A stretch of DNA of 64,000 nucleotides from Heterodontus francisci (taxonomy: Eukaryota). The position numbers and the translations under genes were made by a program. The notes beneath the pieces are model-generated. The model was not told the origin of the DNA. It did no database searches and worked only from the letters and a program-made list of their open reading frames with translations. The stretch spans positions 14,232,201-14,296,200 of the forward strand of contig NC_090393.1 in the NCBI RefSeq assembly GCF_036365525.1. The letters are read 5' to 3'. This document shows positions 13,404 through 27,218 of this stretch, in pieces. Numbering within the stretch: position 1 is the stretch's first letter; each line of letters begins with the position of its first letter.

Positions 13404-13702
13404 TTCTTTTGGGCCTCCTTATCTCGAGAGACAATGGATACGCGCCTGGAGGTGGTCAGTGGTTTGTGAAGCAGCGCCTGGAGTGGCTATAAAGGCCAAT
13501 TCTGGAGTGACAGGCTCTTCCACAGGTGCTGCAGAGAAATTTGTTTGTTGGGGCTGTTGCACAGTTGGCTCTCCCCTTGCGCCTCTGTCTTTTTTCCTGC
13601 CAACTACTAAGTCTCTTCGACTCGCCACAAGTTAGCCCTGTCTTTATGGCTGCCCGCCAGCTCTGGCGAATGCTGGCAACTGACTCCCACGACTTGTGAT
13701 CA
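13404..13702 (-). mobile_element. RTE-clade LINE 3' fragment
   Basis: KSWESVASIRQSWRAAIKTG...FLCSTCGRACHSRIGLYSHSRRC: W-E-x-x-A-x-x-R-x-x-W motif plus C-terminal C2H2-like finger, typical of RTE ORF ends. Confidence 0.75.
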
Positions 13703-13877
13703 TTAATGTACAGATAACCCGTGCAAGAACAATTATTGCAAATCATAACTCAGGTCCTTACTTTATGCCATGCTGTACTATACCTGACCTGGGAGTGCTC
13801 AATGATGACCCAGTGTGTCTGAAACGAAAAAGCATTTAATTCCTGAGTGCTAACATGCAATCTCCTCAAGGACCCAC

Positions 13878-14545
13878 CTGAAAGGTATTCAATTTATGGT
13901 GCTGTTCGTGTATCCAGATGAGAAACAAGCTGAGGAGCAACCCAGTCGCAAAGAATACGATGAATAAAATGTAAGCCCATTGAGGAAGATGGAGATGACT
14001 GAGACCGAATACCAATATGCAGCCCAAGCACACTGAACAGAGAAAAAAAGCGACAACTGCCACAGTCACTATCTCTCCGGGTACAAAATCACGAAGGAAA
14101 TGTAAATAAGGATCAAAGCAGGACCTCAGCTGGCCAGGCTTTCTTCGTTCTTTGGCCTCTTTTTGCCTCTCCACCAATTGGAGTTTATCCGAAAATGACT
14201 CGTATTCTTTCAAGCCACCACTGTCCTGTGCTTGAGGGCTTTGATTGGGTGGGGGTGGCTCCGGGGGGTTTGCTTTATCTGTCTGATAGCGTAGCACAAT
14301 AATACTGGCAGCAACGAATGTATAGGCCAGGAGCGTACCGATGGACAGAAACTGCACCAGGGATTCCAGATCAAACACCATCGCCAAGATGGCCATCAGG
14401 ATTCCAAATATAATGATGCCAATCACGGGGACCTTAGTGACCGGGTTCACCTGTGCAAATACCTTGAAGAGCAGGCCATCTTCAGACATAGCATATGCAA
14501 TCCGAGGGAGGGAAAACAGGCTGCAGAGGAGAACTGTGTTCATTG
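13878..14545 (-). CDS. SLC7A4: SLC7A4 second coding exon (668 nt)
   Basis: Acceptor TTCTATTCAAG|CA ATG AAC; donor TTT CAG|GTGGGT. Encodes MNTVLLCSLFSLPRIAYAMSEDGLLF...LSIGTLLAYTFVAASIIVLRY...NTFQ (ORF 13866..14606). Confidence 0.94.
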
Positions 14546-15384
14546 CTTGAATAGAAGTGAAAAAAAGATAATAATAATCAAAAGACATATCAAGACTGAT
14601 ACACATCTAATCACTTCCTTCCTCCTCTTATCCCATTTTATTCTTATGCTGCCTTGAAGGTGGTGACTCACGCTGTGCCACAGACACCATCCAAGCCTCT
14701 GATAACTCATTCAAGATCTTGATGAGAATAAATACTGTACAAGGCATTACAGCAAGTTGTCTTTACCCTACATACAATCAAAAGCACCTTCCATCAGGCA
14801 GTCACTGGGTAATAGCAGAAATGGGAGCCACGACTGATTTTCCCTTCTCCCTGGCTGACCTTAGCCAACATCACAGTTAGCAGTTACACATTAGCCGTTA
14901 CATTGGCTGTGAACAACTAGCTCAGCAAGAGACCAGGGAACAAAGCTGAGGCCCTCTGCTAAGTATGACTCAGTACCACCCTGGGCAGTACATCTATCAA
15001 CTGAACCATTGAGGGAGCTAAAATATTTCATTTGCCAAGACGTCAGCCCCAAATATCAGTAAAACTTCCCTGTTGCACAATTGCTTCACTTTGTAATTAC
15101 AGTAACACCACCGCCAATTGCAGTGCAGGCTGCACCTACACATGGCGTAACTAAGACCTGACAATTGGGGTCTGTCTATGAGATGCATTTCCCAGCAGGT
15201 AAATATGACATTGGCAACTAATTCTGCACCTGTCACAGTACGTTTCATTTGCTACATTTTTAAAACACTGCAGAAGAAAGTTAAAATTCTGCACTTACCA
15301 GAGACAGGGCTGCAAACAGGGTAAATTGCAGAAAACTAGGCCACTCAGTGAAGGAGAGCACAGCATTAAAATTATAAATTAAAC

Positions 15385-16596
15385 AGAAATGTTGAATAGG
15401 TTTACCAGAATTATACCTGAACTGCAAGAGTTAAATTAGGAGAAATTACTCAAAGTAGGGTTGTATTCCCTCGAATTTATAAGGCTAATAAGTCATTTGA
15501 TCAAAGTGTTCAAGATATTTAGTGGAACAGATAGGGCAGTTAGAGAGAAACTATTTCTGCTGGCTGGAGTGCCTAGGACGAGGGAACATAGTCAAAAAAG
15601 TAGAGCCAGCCTTTCGGGAGTGAAACATTTCTACACACAAAAGGTGGTTTGGAAGTCTGGAACTCTCTTCCACAAACAGCAAATGATTGGAGATCAATTG
15701 TTAATTTTAAATCTGAGATTGATAGGCTTTTGTTAACCAGAGGTATTAAGGGATATGATGCAAAGGCGGCATATGGAGTTAGGTCATAGATCAGCCATGA
15801 TCCCATTGAATGGCGGAACAGACTCAAAGGATTTTTAGAAAATTCTTTCATGGGACATGAGCGTCGCTGGCAAGGTCAGTATTTGTTGCCCATCCCTAAT
15901 TGCCCTTGAACAGTGGTGGTGTGCTGCCTTCTTGAGTCGCTGAAGTCCATGTGGTGTAGGTACACCCACAGAGCTGTTCGGAAGGGAGTTCCAGGTTTTT
16001 GACCCAGTGACAGTCAAGGTACGGTGATAAAGATCTAAGTCAGGATGATTTGTGACCTGGAGGGGAACTTGCAGGTGGTGGTGTTCCCATGTATCTGCTG
16101 TTCTTGTCCTTCTAGGTGGTAGAGGTCATGGGTTTGAAAGGTGCTGTCGAAGGAGCCTTGGCGAGTTGCTGCAGTGCATCTTGTAGATGGTACACACTGC
16201 TGTCACTGTGCACCAGTGGTGGAGGGAGTGAATGTTTAAAGTTGTAGATGGTGTGCCGATCAAGTGGGCTGCTTTGTCCTGGTTGGTGTCGAACTTCTTG
16301 TTAGGGCTGCACTCATCTAGGCAAGTCGAGAATATTCCATTACACAGCTGGCTTGTGCCTTGTAGATGGTGGACAGGCTTTGGGAAGTCAGGAGGCGAGT
16401 TACTCGCCACAGAATTTCCAGCCTCTTTTGGCCACGGTATTTAAATGGCTGGTTCAGTTCAGTTTCTGGTCAATGGTCACCCCCAGGATGTTAATGGCAG
16501 GGGATCCAGCAATGCTAATGCCATTGACTGTCAAGGGGAGATGGTTAGATTCTCTTTTGTTGGAGATGGTCATTGCCTGGCACTTATGTGGCACGA
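15385..16596. mobile_element. CR1 fragments (+ 15385-15830; - 15836-16596)
   Basis: LYSLEF..TREHS motif on +; CTIYKMHCSN and SKTWNSLPN on -. Confidence 0.75.
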
Positions 16597-16964
16597 ATTA
16601 AAGGGCCTACTCCTGTTTCTATGTTCCTTTGAGTGAATTCAGTGGTGCAAGTAAAACCGGCTTCTGGATCTCTAACTTCCATTCACTTAACAAAAAAATT
16701 TATCACTTTCATTTATGTTATCTTTTTGCCTACTTTTCATCTGCTGAAAGCTTGTATCTTGCCAGGTATGATTCTGCAGATATATGCAGCTATCTAAGTA
16801 GTCTTTCTTTGTACATAAATCTGGACCATGATTGTTGACAGGCTACTTAACACTTAAGAGCATCAGAGCATCTCGTCCTCTCCTGGGGTCCACACATAGT
16901 CATTTTTTTGATCAGGAGTTACAATAGAGATCTGCTGACTTTATCCTTAGTCCAGGTATACTGA

Positions 16965-17450
16965 GGCCTCAGAGAAGGTGCAGAGCAGATTTACTAGAAT
17001 GGTACAAGAGATTAGGGACTTCAGTTATGTGGAGACACCAGAGGCTGGGATTGTTCTCCTTACTGCAAAGGTTAAGAGGAGATTAAATATAGATGTTCAT
17101 ATTTATGAGGGGTTTTGATGGAGTAGAAAGGGAGAAACTGTTTCTAGTGGCAGGAGAGTCAGTAACCAGAGGGCACAGATTTCAGTTCATTGGGAAAAGA
17201 ACCACGGGGAGATGAGGAGAATTTTTTTCATGCATCACGTTTTATGATCTGGAATACACTGCTTGAATGTGTGGTTGAAGCAGATTCAATACTAACTTGC
17301 AAAAGGACATTGGATAAATGCTTGATAAGGGGAGATTTTCAGGGCTGTGGAAAAGAGCAAGAGAGTGAGACTAATTGGATATCTCTTTGAAAGAGCTCGC
17401 ATAAGCATGTTGGGCCAAATGGCCTCCTTCTCCACTGCATGACTCTATAA
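16965..17450 (+). mobile_element. CR1 3' fragment
   Basis: Degenerate ORF2 C-terminus (WNTLLECVVEADS) and 3' UTR. Confidence 0.7.
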
Positions 17451-18869
17451 ATTCCCATGATCTATTACTGCCCTGGCTGTGATCAGATAACTCAGCATAG
17501 AAGGGGGAATTTCTCAGTGTGTAAGGTTCAATGGCTGCACCACTGAGCTACTGGGATATAGATATCCAAAGCCAACAATTGTTTTCATAACTAACTTCTC
17601 GAATACGTTACAGTGTTTCTCAATTTCAATGACACAGCAATGACTACCTGTATCACTGTTTTAACAGATCATATAATCTAGTCATTCAGAATACTAACAT
17701 TAGACAACAAAAGTGCAAATAACAAATTAATATACAATGACTTTATGTATGTTGAGCCAGTGTTGTACCTTAAACCTCAGTTGTAACAACAATAACTTGC
17801 ATTTGTTTAGCCACTTCACTGTAGTAAAATGTCCCAAGGTGCTTCATGGGAGCATAATCAGACAAAAGTTTAACACTGAGCCAAACAAGGAGACATTAGG
17901 ACAGGTGGCCAAACGGCTTGGTCAGATCTTAAGGAGGGTAAAGGGGGGGGGTGGGGGATGGGGGAGAGAGAGAAGGAGAGGCTGAGAGGTTTAGAGAGGT
18001 CAACAGTCTTCCATGACTTTGTGAATGTTAGCTGGCAAAATCTTTCATCTTTTACTTAGGGGGAGGTAAGAGGACGAAGTCGATTAGTAACAGGGTTTGA
18101 TAGACGAGAGCTGTTGGGACTATCAAGACTGGGCTATTCATTGAAGCAACACAAGGTCATTTGCCTAATTATTATTAGCATCTTGAGCTCCTCAGTGTGT
18201 CTATAAATGTCCGCAGGAACAAAATTGCCATGTTCTTACAATGAGTAATTAAAGTAGGTGTTTGCTAGCACAATAATTCTTTTGGTATCAATCTTCTGCA
18301 GTTGACCGTAGTTCTACTACATGATGATCTATTGTGAAAATTCTCTTGCCTATCACTAATTTATCAATTGTTTGACGATTCTTGTTTTTCTCAATGTTCT
18401 TCATTCATTCCTCCTAATTTCCAAGTACCACCATTTTATATGCTCATCCTCCTTCCACAACCTTACTAGGACCCCTTGAAATTCCGAGGTTTTGGGAGAA
18501 TGGAAAAGAAGATTTCCAGCTGGGTATGCTAGGAATTTGGGATGGAACCCAGTTCTGCCAGGATTGTGCTTCAACTAAAGTACACCTTTAAATTCTATGC
18601 AGCATGGCAGAATCTTCTGTCCACACTCCCCAACCACTCCCCCATCACCAAAATGTCAAGTTGACGTGTCTGAGGGCATTCTCAGACTACCTTGGACATT
18701 CAACCCTTATAATATCCATGGGGAATTCATGACTGAGGGCTTTATGAAGGCCCGAAACCTTTACTAGGAAAGGTACTCAGTCCAGAAGGGATTACTACCT
18801 TCCTCAATGGGCAAAATATCTCAGGCCCTTTCAAAACCTTCTCTTTGCTGTCAGGGTGTCATGGTGCCA

Positions 18870-21065
18870 TTCCAACATATAAAGGATATAGAAGCACTGG
18901 AGAAGGTGCAAAAAAGATTTACTAAAATGATGCCAGGGCTGAGAGGTTATACCCATTAGGAAAGAATGAACAGACTGGGGCTCTTTTCTTTGGAAAATAG
19001 ATTGCTGAGGGGAGACCTGATAGAGGTCTTCAAGATTGTCAAAGGGTTCAACAGGTCAGACAGAGAGAAGATGTTTTCACTTATGGGTGAGACCAAATCT
19101 AGGGGCCATGGATATAAGACAGTCACTAATAAATCTAATAGGGAATTTGGGTGAAAATTCTTTACACAGACAGTGTCTGTCTTCACTGTAGAAAACACAA
19201 ACAACATTCCAGAAATACTTGTAGATCAAGAGGTGAAAGGGAGGGAGGAACTCAAAACAATTACATTCACCAGGGAAAGGGTACTGAGAAAACTATTAGA
19301 ACTAAAGGCTGACAAGTCCCCAGGACCTGATGGCCTGCATCCTAGGGTCTTAGAAGAAGTGGCTGAGGAGAAATAGATGTAATTTTCCAAAATTTCCTAA
19401 ATTCCGGAAAGGTCTTATCAGATTGGAAAATAGTGAATATAACTCCTCTATTCAAGAAAGGAGGGAGACAGAAAGCAGCTAACTATAGGACAGTTAGCCT
19501 AACTTCTGTCATAGGGAAAACGCTAGAATCTATTATTAAGGAGGTTACAGCAGGGCACTTAGAAAATTTTAATGCAATCAGGCTGAGTCAACATGGCTTT
19601 GTGAAAGGGAAATCATGTTTGACTCATTTATTAAAGTTCCTTGAGGAAGTAAGAAGTAATATGAAACAAAGGGTAACCTAAAGATGTGATGCACTTGGAT
19701 TTCGAAAAGATGTTTGATAAGGTGTCACATTAAGATTACTACACAAAATAAGAGCTCATGGTGTAGGCGGTAACATATTGACATGGATAGAGGATAGTTT
19801 CCTGTTAGCTAGCCAGAGAGTAGGCATAAATGGGTCATTTTTTGGTTGGCAAGATGTAACGAATGGTGTGCCACAGGGATCAGTGCTGGGACCGCAACTA
19901 TTTACAATCTGGATGAAGGGACAGAATGTATGGTTGCTAAATTTATTGATGACATTAGATAGGTAGGAGAGTAAGTTGTGAGGAGGACATAAGGAGTCTG
20001 CAAAGGGATATGGATAGGTTAAGTGAGTGGCCAAAAATTTGGCAGATGGATATAATGTGGGAAAATGTGAACTTGTCTACTTTGGTAAGAAGAATAGAAA
20101 AGTAGTATATTATTTAAATGGAGATAGATTGCAGAACTCTGCGGTACAGAGGGATCTGGGTGTCCTGGTACATGAATCACAAACAGTTAGTATGCAGGTA
20201 CAGCAAGTGATTAGGAAGGCAAATGGAATGTTGTCATTTATTGCAAGGGGAATGGAATATAAAAGTAAGGAAGTTTTGCTACAGTTGTACAGGAAGTTGG
20301 TGAGACCACATCTGGAGGACTGTGTACGGTTTTGATCTCCTTACTTAAGAAAGGATATGATTGCACTGGAAACAGTTCAGATAAGGTTCACTTGACTGAT
20401 TCCTGGGATGAGGGGGTTATCTTAGGAGGAAAGGTTGGACAGGTTGGGCCTGTATTCATCGGAGTTTAGAAGAATGAGAGGTGATCTTATTGAAACATAT
20501 AAGATCTTAAGGGGTCTTGACAGGGTGGATGCTGAGAGGATGTTTCCCTTTATGAGAGAGAGTAGAACCAGGGGTCTCCCATTTAAAATGGAGATGCGGA
20601 GAATTTTTTTCTCTCAGAGGGGCGTTTGGCTGTGGAATTCTCTTCCCCAGAGAGCAGTGGAGATAGGTTATTGAATATTTTTAAGGCCAAGTTAGATAGA
20701 TTATTGATTGACAAGGGAATCAAAGGGTATAGGGGGTAGACAGAAAGGTGGTGTTGAGGCCACAATCAGATCAGCCATGATCTTACCCAATGGCGGAGCA
20801 GGCTCGAGGGCCGAATGGCCTACTCCTGCTCCTAATTTGGATGTTCGTATGGTTGGAAAGTGGAACTCACTACCCCAGGGAGTAGTTGGGGTGAATATAA
20901 TAAATGCATTTTAAGGGGAAACTAGATAAACATACAAGTGAGAAAGGAATAGAAGGATATGTTGATGGGGTTAGATGAAGAGGAATGGGAGAAGGTTCAT
21001 GTGGGGCATAAACATGGCATGGACCTGTTGGGCCAAATGATCTGTTTCATTGCTGGAAATACTTG
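18870..21065 (+). mobile_element. Nested CR1: a 5'-truncated CR1 (~19173-20850) inserted into another CR1 3' fragment
   Basis: Host reads ..FFTQ at 19170 and resumes V(G)KWNSLPQGVV at ~20850. The insert has KSPGPDGLHPR, QHGFVKGKSC, GVPQGSVLGP and its own 3' tail. Confidence 0.8.
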
Positions 21066-21724
21066 GTAATACTTTGTAACATGCTGACTTGCAATTTGGG
21101 GCAGGCACTACTGGCATACTCACTACCAACGTTCCCTGTAAAATTCTGTTGTTTTGCACAACTAGTTTTTTCAATGCGCAGTACCTATAGTTTTGTCTTT
21201 GTACGGCTGTGTCGGTGCAGTATTTAACATGGAGCAAGGCCTGCATGGTACCTTCCAGGCTGCTGCATGCCCGCCCATGGCAACACCTTGGAAGGAACAT
21301 TGCCCACTACCTCCTTTGATTTATAATCTACTGTTTTGGATAAGCAGTTCAACATTTCATTGGTTTTGTTAATTGCTGCACTTCATCCGTTTAGCATGGA
21401 GTCTCCTAAGTCTCCTAGGTCTCTTTTAGCATCATCATTAGTTATCTCAACACCATCCATGAAGTACATGTCATCTATTTTTCAGTTCGTACATGTACAC
21501 TTCTTTGAATTAAATTTTATCTGTCAATCTCATGGCCATTTACATCTCTTGTCCAACTCATTTTCAATCTTGGTGGCATCTAACACTTTTATAAACACTG
21601 CCATGATGGACCAAATAGCCTTCTTCTGTGCTGCATTATTGTATGATAAACTCTTGGCCTTTCATCGTGGTTTCTTAACCAGAAAGTACAGATATCTAAT
21701 CTTCCTGAGAGTAACACTAAGGCA

Positions 21725-22190
21725 CATAGAATCATAGAAAGAGGCCAATTGTCCCATCGTGTCTGTGCCAGCTGAAAAACGTTCCACCCATTCTAATCCC
21801 TCCTTCCAGCATTTGGTCCGTAGCCCTGCAGATTACGGCACTTGAGGTGCATATCCAGACTTCTTTTGAATGAGTTGAGGGTTTCTGCCTCAACTACCCT
21901 TTCAGGCAGTGAGTTCTAGACCCCACCACCCTCTGGGTGAAAGAACATTTCTTCATCTCTCCTCTAATCTTTCTACCAATCACTTTAAATCTATGCCCCC
22001 TAGTCACTGACTTCTCTGCTAAGGTTAATAGGCCCTTCACCTCCACTCTATCCAGACCCCTCAAAATTTTGTACATTTCAATCAGATCTCCCCTCAGCCT
22101 TCTTTGTTCCAAGGAGAAAAACCCCAGCCTATCCAATTTTTTCTCATAGCTGCATTTTTCCAGTCCTGGCAACATCCTCATAAACCTCCA
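21725..22190 (-). mobile_element. CR1 3' fragment
   Basis: ORF 21894..22223 LGFFSLEQRRLRGDLIEMYKI...TRGHRFKV. Confidence 0.8.
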
Positions 22191-22459
22191 TTGCAAGATA
22201 TTTCCCCCATGCAGGTCGTTCACATTGCACTCACTGTAACAATAGATGGGAAGGGAAGGGATGAAAAATCTTGTTTATTATTGTATGACTTGGACTACAA
22301 ATATATTTGACAGAAAATAAATGAGAAGGACAAGTGGCCATCGACCATGCTTCTAGCGCCAGCTGTGAATCAAACATTTGGACACTGCTCCACTAAGCTA
22401 AACACATAGCTTTGAAAAATAATTTTAAAAATGCTCCATTCATGTTTCCAAATACCTAC

Positions 22460-23441
22460 AACAAAGAGATCCAATAGCCACGATGAATCCAGCCCAGGCA
22501 TAGCCTCTCCTGTAAAAGGCATCTGAGAGTGCCGAGTTTGGGTTTAAGCTGTGCCAGGGAACCATCAGGGTGACTGCTGCAGAAACCAAGGTGTATGCTA
22601 AAGTAGCCAGGCCCAAGGAAACTACTGTCGCTATAGGGATAGCCTTTTGAGGGTTCCGAGCCTCTTCTCCAGATGCTGCAATGACATCAAATCCTACAAA
22701 TGCATAAAAACAGGTTGCTGAACCAGCTATGATGCCTGAAAATCCAAAGGGGGCAAAGCCACCCTCTTCAGCACTGAAGTTCTTTGGATCAGCTAGGATG
22801 AACCCCAATATCAGAATGAAGAGTATCACTCCGATGCTGATGGCTCCAAACATGTGATTCAGCCAAGAGGCAACTTTGGCCCCGCAAGTGATGAATGCTG
22901 TGGCAACGAGCAATATCGCGGGGGCTAGCATATCGGGGTTGTGGGCAAGCAAGGGCATGTTCCACGTGCCAATGTGAGTTTCAGTGAAATTTTGAATTTT
23001 GTAGTTGAAAATAGAATCCAGATAGCCACTCCAAGCTCTGGCCACAGCAGCTCCTCCAATCATGTATTCCAGAATGACATTCCAGCCAATCATAAAGGCC
23101 CAGATTTCACCAACTGAGACATAGGTGAACATGTAGGCGGAGCCAGTCTTTGGCACACGGGAACCAAACTCAGCGTAGCAAAAGGCGGCCAGCAGAGAAG
23201 CAAAACCTGCGAAGATGTAAGAAAGGATGACAGCAGGACCGGCAACATCCTTGGCGACTGTGCCCGTCAGGACGTAAAGGCCAGAGCCAACCATGCCACC
23301 AAAGCCCAGCATGATCAGGTCCAGAGTTGATAGGCACCTATTCAGGGCAGTCTCCATCATATCTGCCTCTAGGGTCTTCACTCTATTCAGCTTCTGGCAG
23401 AATCGAGCCAGGGAGTTAAAGCTGGGCAACCTGCTCACCAT
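22460..23441 (-). CDS. SLC7A4: SLC7A4 cationic amino acid transporter 4, first coding exon (982 coding nt; exon probably starts at 23598 including 5'UTR)
   Basis: ORF 22440..23441 MVSRLPSFNSLARFCQKLNRVKTLE...GGMVGSGLYVLTG...YAEFGSRVPKTGSAYMFTY...FVGFDVIA. Donor TGT T|GTAGGT; upstream acceptor TTTTGATTCACAG|A at 23598. Four exons sum to 1953 nt = 650 aa + stop. Confidence 0.95.
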
Positions 23442-24597
23442 TATTGCCCCTTTATTGTGTCAAAAATGTTCAGTGTTAAAAGTTAGGGCTTGTTAGCAGA
23501 GGAGATGGAGGCTTGATTTATCTGTATTTATTCTAATCTCCGATGCAGCAGAGAAAATCTCATTTCCGAAAGAGTACAGTTTGATGGTAATTACAGATCT
23601 GTGAATCAAAAGAAGAAAAACAAAAATGTTATTCGCTGTGGTTTTCTGACTGTTGACCTAGGTTAAGGGCTACTCTCAAGAACGCTACAACATACTTCAG
23701 CGACAGCATGTGACGATCTGAGTAGGTGCCATATGATGCTTTGCACAGTGACCTCCGAATTTTGAAATGTACCACCCTCAGAAGTTGCCAATTGGAGGGC
23801 AGGTCTCTCCCCATGGACACAGCTTGTTACTCTCATCAGTATCCCTTTAAAATAAATTGATCGGATACAATGAATCATGATGCACCAGCTCTTTGAACCA
23901 GTATGTATGAGAATAATTAATGGCAGAAATAGTACTTTCAACACAAAGTACTTGCACAGTCTGTATATCATAGTGAATACACTCCTCCTGAATAGTTTCC
24001 AACCTACAGTGAAATAGCTCTTCTGTGGTCCTCACCACAAACACTGTGCTCTTGCCATCAACTTCATCCCCCTCCCTGGATCCTATCTCAGACTGCTCGC
24101 AACCTCAATGTCCTGTTTACAGAATCATTGAATGGCTACAGCACAGAAGGAAGCCATTTGGCCCATCAAATCCATGCCAGCTCTCTGCAAGAGCAATTTA
24201 TCTAGTTTCACTCCCTTTCTCCCTTACCCTGCAAATTTTTTCCCTTCAGGTGCTTATCCAATTCCTTTTTGAGAGCCATGATTGAATCTGCCTCCACCCC
24301 TACTCCCAGGCAGTGCATTCCAGATCCTAACCACTCGCTGCATAAAAAAGCTTTTCCTCATGTTGCCTTTGGTTCTTTTGCCAATCACCTTAAATCTGTG
24401 TCAGCTGGTTCGCGACCCTTCTGCCAATGGGAACAGTTTCACTTTATCTACTGTCTAGACCCTACATGATTTTGAACATCTCTATCAAATCGCTCTTAAC
24501 TTGCTCTTCTCCAAGGAGAATAGCCCCAGCTTCCCCAGTCCATCTAACTGAAATCCCTCGTCCCCGGAACCATTCTTGTAAATCTTTTCCACATCCT

Positions 24598-25504
24598 TGT
24601 AGGTACTAAAGGGTTAGCCTTTTCTATGTTTTATCTGTTGGATGAATCTATAAATTATGGTCTGATAAAACTCACATGAGATGCTATGTTTTAAATTAGA
24701 ATGATTTTAAGTGATGTTGCGGTTATGTTCGGGATTTTATATATGTATATATATCAATGTATTAGATCAGAATTAAGTTATGGACTTTGTGTTTAGAATC
24801 ATGTTGTTAAATGTGCAATGTATATTTGTATACTGTAGTGGGGAGATGGTGGTAGACAGTGTTTATTGTAACAAGAGCAGAAGTAGCATTGCCACGAGAC
24901 CAGATGCACATTTTGCATTTCAACTAAGACAGACTCAGTCACAATAAGGGATAGACTTGTAGGCCTCATGAAGGATGATAATGCAAATTCAAGACTGGAA
25001 TATTGATAGGGACAGCAAATATTCCCCATTGTGTGATAACGACTTGGGCCATCAAGCTGTCTGCAGAGACAACGTACAGAAGCTAGGGTCATATCTGCTG
25101 TAATCTGATCACTATAAATTAATCAAGGGGGGATAAGGTACAGAAGGTGAGGTCATACCTGACCAAAGGGTTAAGGTGGACTATAACCTAATTTGGATAG
25201 AAGAAACCCCCGGAGGGGGGCCATAAATGGCAGGTGCTGGGACAGCTCAGGCGCACTGATTCAAGAAGAAACCAACCTACAGTCAACAGAACACCTCAAG
25301 AAAGAAGATGGTGCCACAGCAGCTCGGAAGGCAAGGACTGAGGATACCCTATATCCTACTGTATAACTACTGCCAGTGGTTAAGTATTGCTTGCATATTC
25401 TTGCTGTTCTTAATAAACTCTCTATCTTGATTAAGAAACCAGAGCTTGTACTTTGTGGGTCAAAAGTTAGTCAACATCCCACCTAAACATACAAAAATCA
25501 TACA
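24598..25504 (+). mobile_element. Solo LTR (907 bp) inserted in a minus-strand CR1 fragment (~24120-25600)
   Basis: TGTA...TACA termini; 4-bp flanks TCCT/CCCT; internal CATAAAT and AATAAA (~25412). The CR1 host AATCTTTTCCACATCCT|CTCTATGCC is contiguous across it. Confidence 0.7.
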
Positions 25505-25936
25505 CCCTCTCTATGCCTTCACATACTTCCTAAAGTGTTGTGTCTAGAATTGGACACAATACTCCAGTTGAAGCTGAACCAATGTTTTATCAAGGTTCAT
25601 TTAACTGCCTTGCCTATGTTTGATCCCCAAACTGAGCCTTCAACCCCATATCCTGTCCAGCACAATGATCGCCTGCTTCCATTTCAATACATTGCCCAAC
25701 CTCTGGCCAGCCTCAGCCCATCAGCCACTGGAAGACTCACTCACACCCTCCGCTCTGATGATATTCACTCCTGCAACATGCACAGTTCCATGCCAGCAAC
25801 ATCCTGTTCAATATTCAGCTCTGTTGACTTTTGTATTTGAATAGAGAAGGAGCCATGCATCGTTTTTATGGCAATAAGGTACAGGCAACACTGGTGCCTC
25901 TCTGCACAGCTTACGTTACCATAAATACTATAAATA

Positions 25937-26447
25937 GGGAGTTCAATCATTTCAAAGCATGACGCACCCCCCCCCCCCCCCCCCCCTTTTCATTTTCAGT
26001 TTTTATTTCTTTTTTCTTTTTATTTTATTTTAGTTTGTTTCGTCATTCATTTTTCTTAACATATGATTGCCCACTGTTTTTTCATGTTTGTGCTTTGGGC
26101 CAGGGCTGTTCATTTTTATGTCCATTAACACCCTCTCTGCATTAACGCTTTATCTTTCAACACACCATTAACATACCGTTTGCCTTTGCTCCATGATCTT
26201 CTGGTCAGTTATTCTCTGTGACCCTCTCCTATCAACACCTTTTCATTTGTTATCTCTTGCCCCACCCCTGGTTTAATTGCTTTAAACCTATTACATTTCG
26301 AACCCTTGCCAGTTCTGATGAAGGGTCACTGACCTGAAATGTTATCTCTACTTCTTTTTCCACCGATGCTGCCAGACAAACTGAGTATTTCCAGCATTTC
26401 TTGTTTTTATTTCAGATTTCCAGTATCTGCAGTATTTTGCTTTTATT
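25937..26447 (+). mobile_element. Penelope-like element 3' terminal fragment
   Basis: Reverse-complement match to ~59975-60465 (ORF end EFNHFKA* plus terminal repeat); flanked by direct repeat TTACGTTACCATAA at 25911-25924 and 26448-26461. Confidence 0.8.
26310..26348 (+). ncRNA. Minimal hammerhead ribozyme-like motif (Penelope terminal repeat)
   Basis: CAGTT CTGATGA A GGGTC-ACT-GACCT GAA ATGT T ATCTC: canonical core and stem II; stem I and the stem-III palindrome are degraded. Confidence 0.5.
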
Positions 26448-27218
26448 TTACGTTACCATAAGTTTACAAGTAAAAGAGGGCATTTTCAGGAAGACAATGC
26501 CAGTTTTAAAATAGTATTTTTCTCATTAGCTCACCTTAAAAATTATATGCTTTTTATTTCTTTCTCTGTGGCTGTTTAAACTTTATACATTAGTCATCGG
26601 ACTAATTTGGATTGTGAATAAGCTGATTTACATTTATGAAGTCATCAACCAAATTTGCTTTATCAGTGTTGTAGAGATTACAGCCCTTTCATCCACCAGG
26701 GCTCTATATCTCTTCAAACTGGGATTATTTCAGCCATACCAAAATAAAACATAGCAAGACATGGAAACCATTCAAACATAGCTGCCAAAGTTGTCCTATT
26801 GGCTCTGAGGTACTGGCCTGGATGGGAGTTCTGTGCAAGTGAGGATGAGCTGTTGTAAGGTCAAAAAACCTGAAAGGACAGGTTTCCCAAATGTTCTCCA
26901 GAATTTAACTGCAAAGCTCCTTTAGATCTTTTTCTGTGGGGTTGGGTGGCCTGATGGTAGTCAAGGAGGTCTCGACTTTGTGACGGTGGGGGATGATGGT
27001 GGTTGGGGGGAGGTCAGGGAGAAGACAGATCGCGGTTGCAGGGAGTGGGGGAGGTTTACTGGGTAGCTTGTTGGGCCTGGAGGAAGCACTGCTGTTCCTC
27101 CTGACCCACAAGCAGTGCTACAAAGACACTTACCTCATTGATTCAGCCACTCCAGCCTCCATTGAGCTGCTGGGTTGCCTGCAGCCTGTGGTTAAAAGTG
27201 GAATGAGGGGTACAAACC

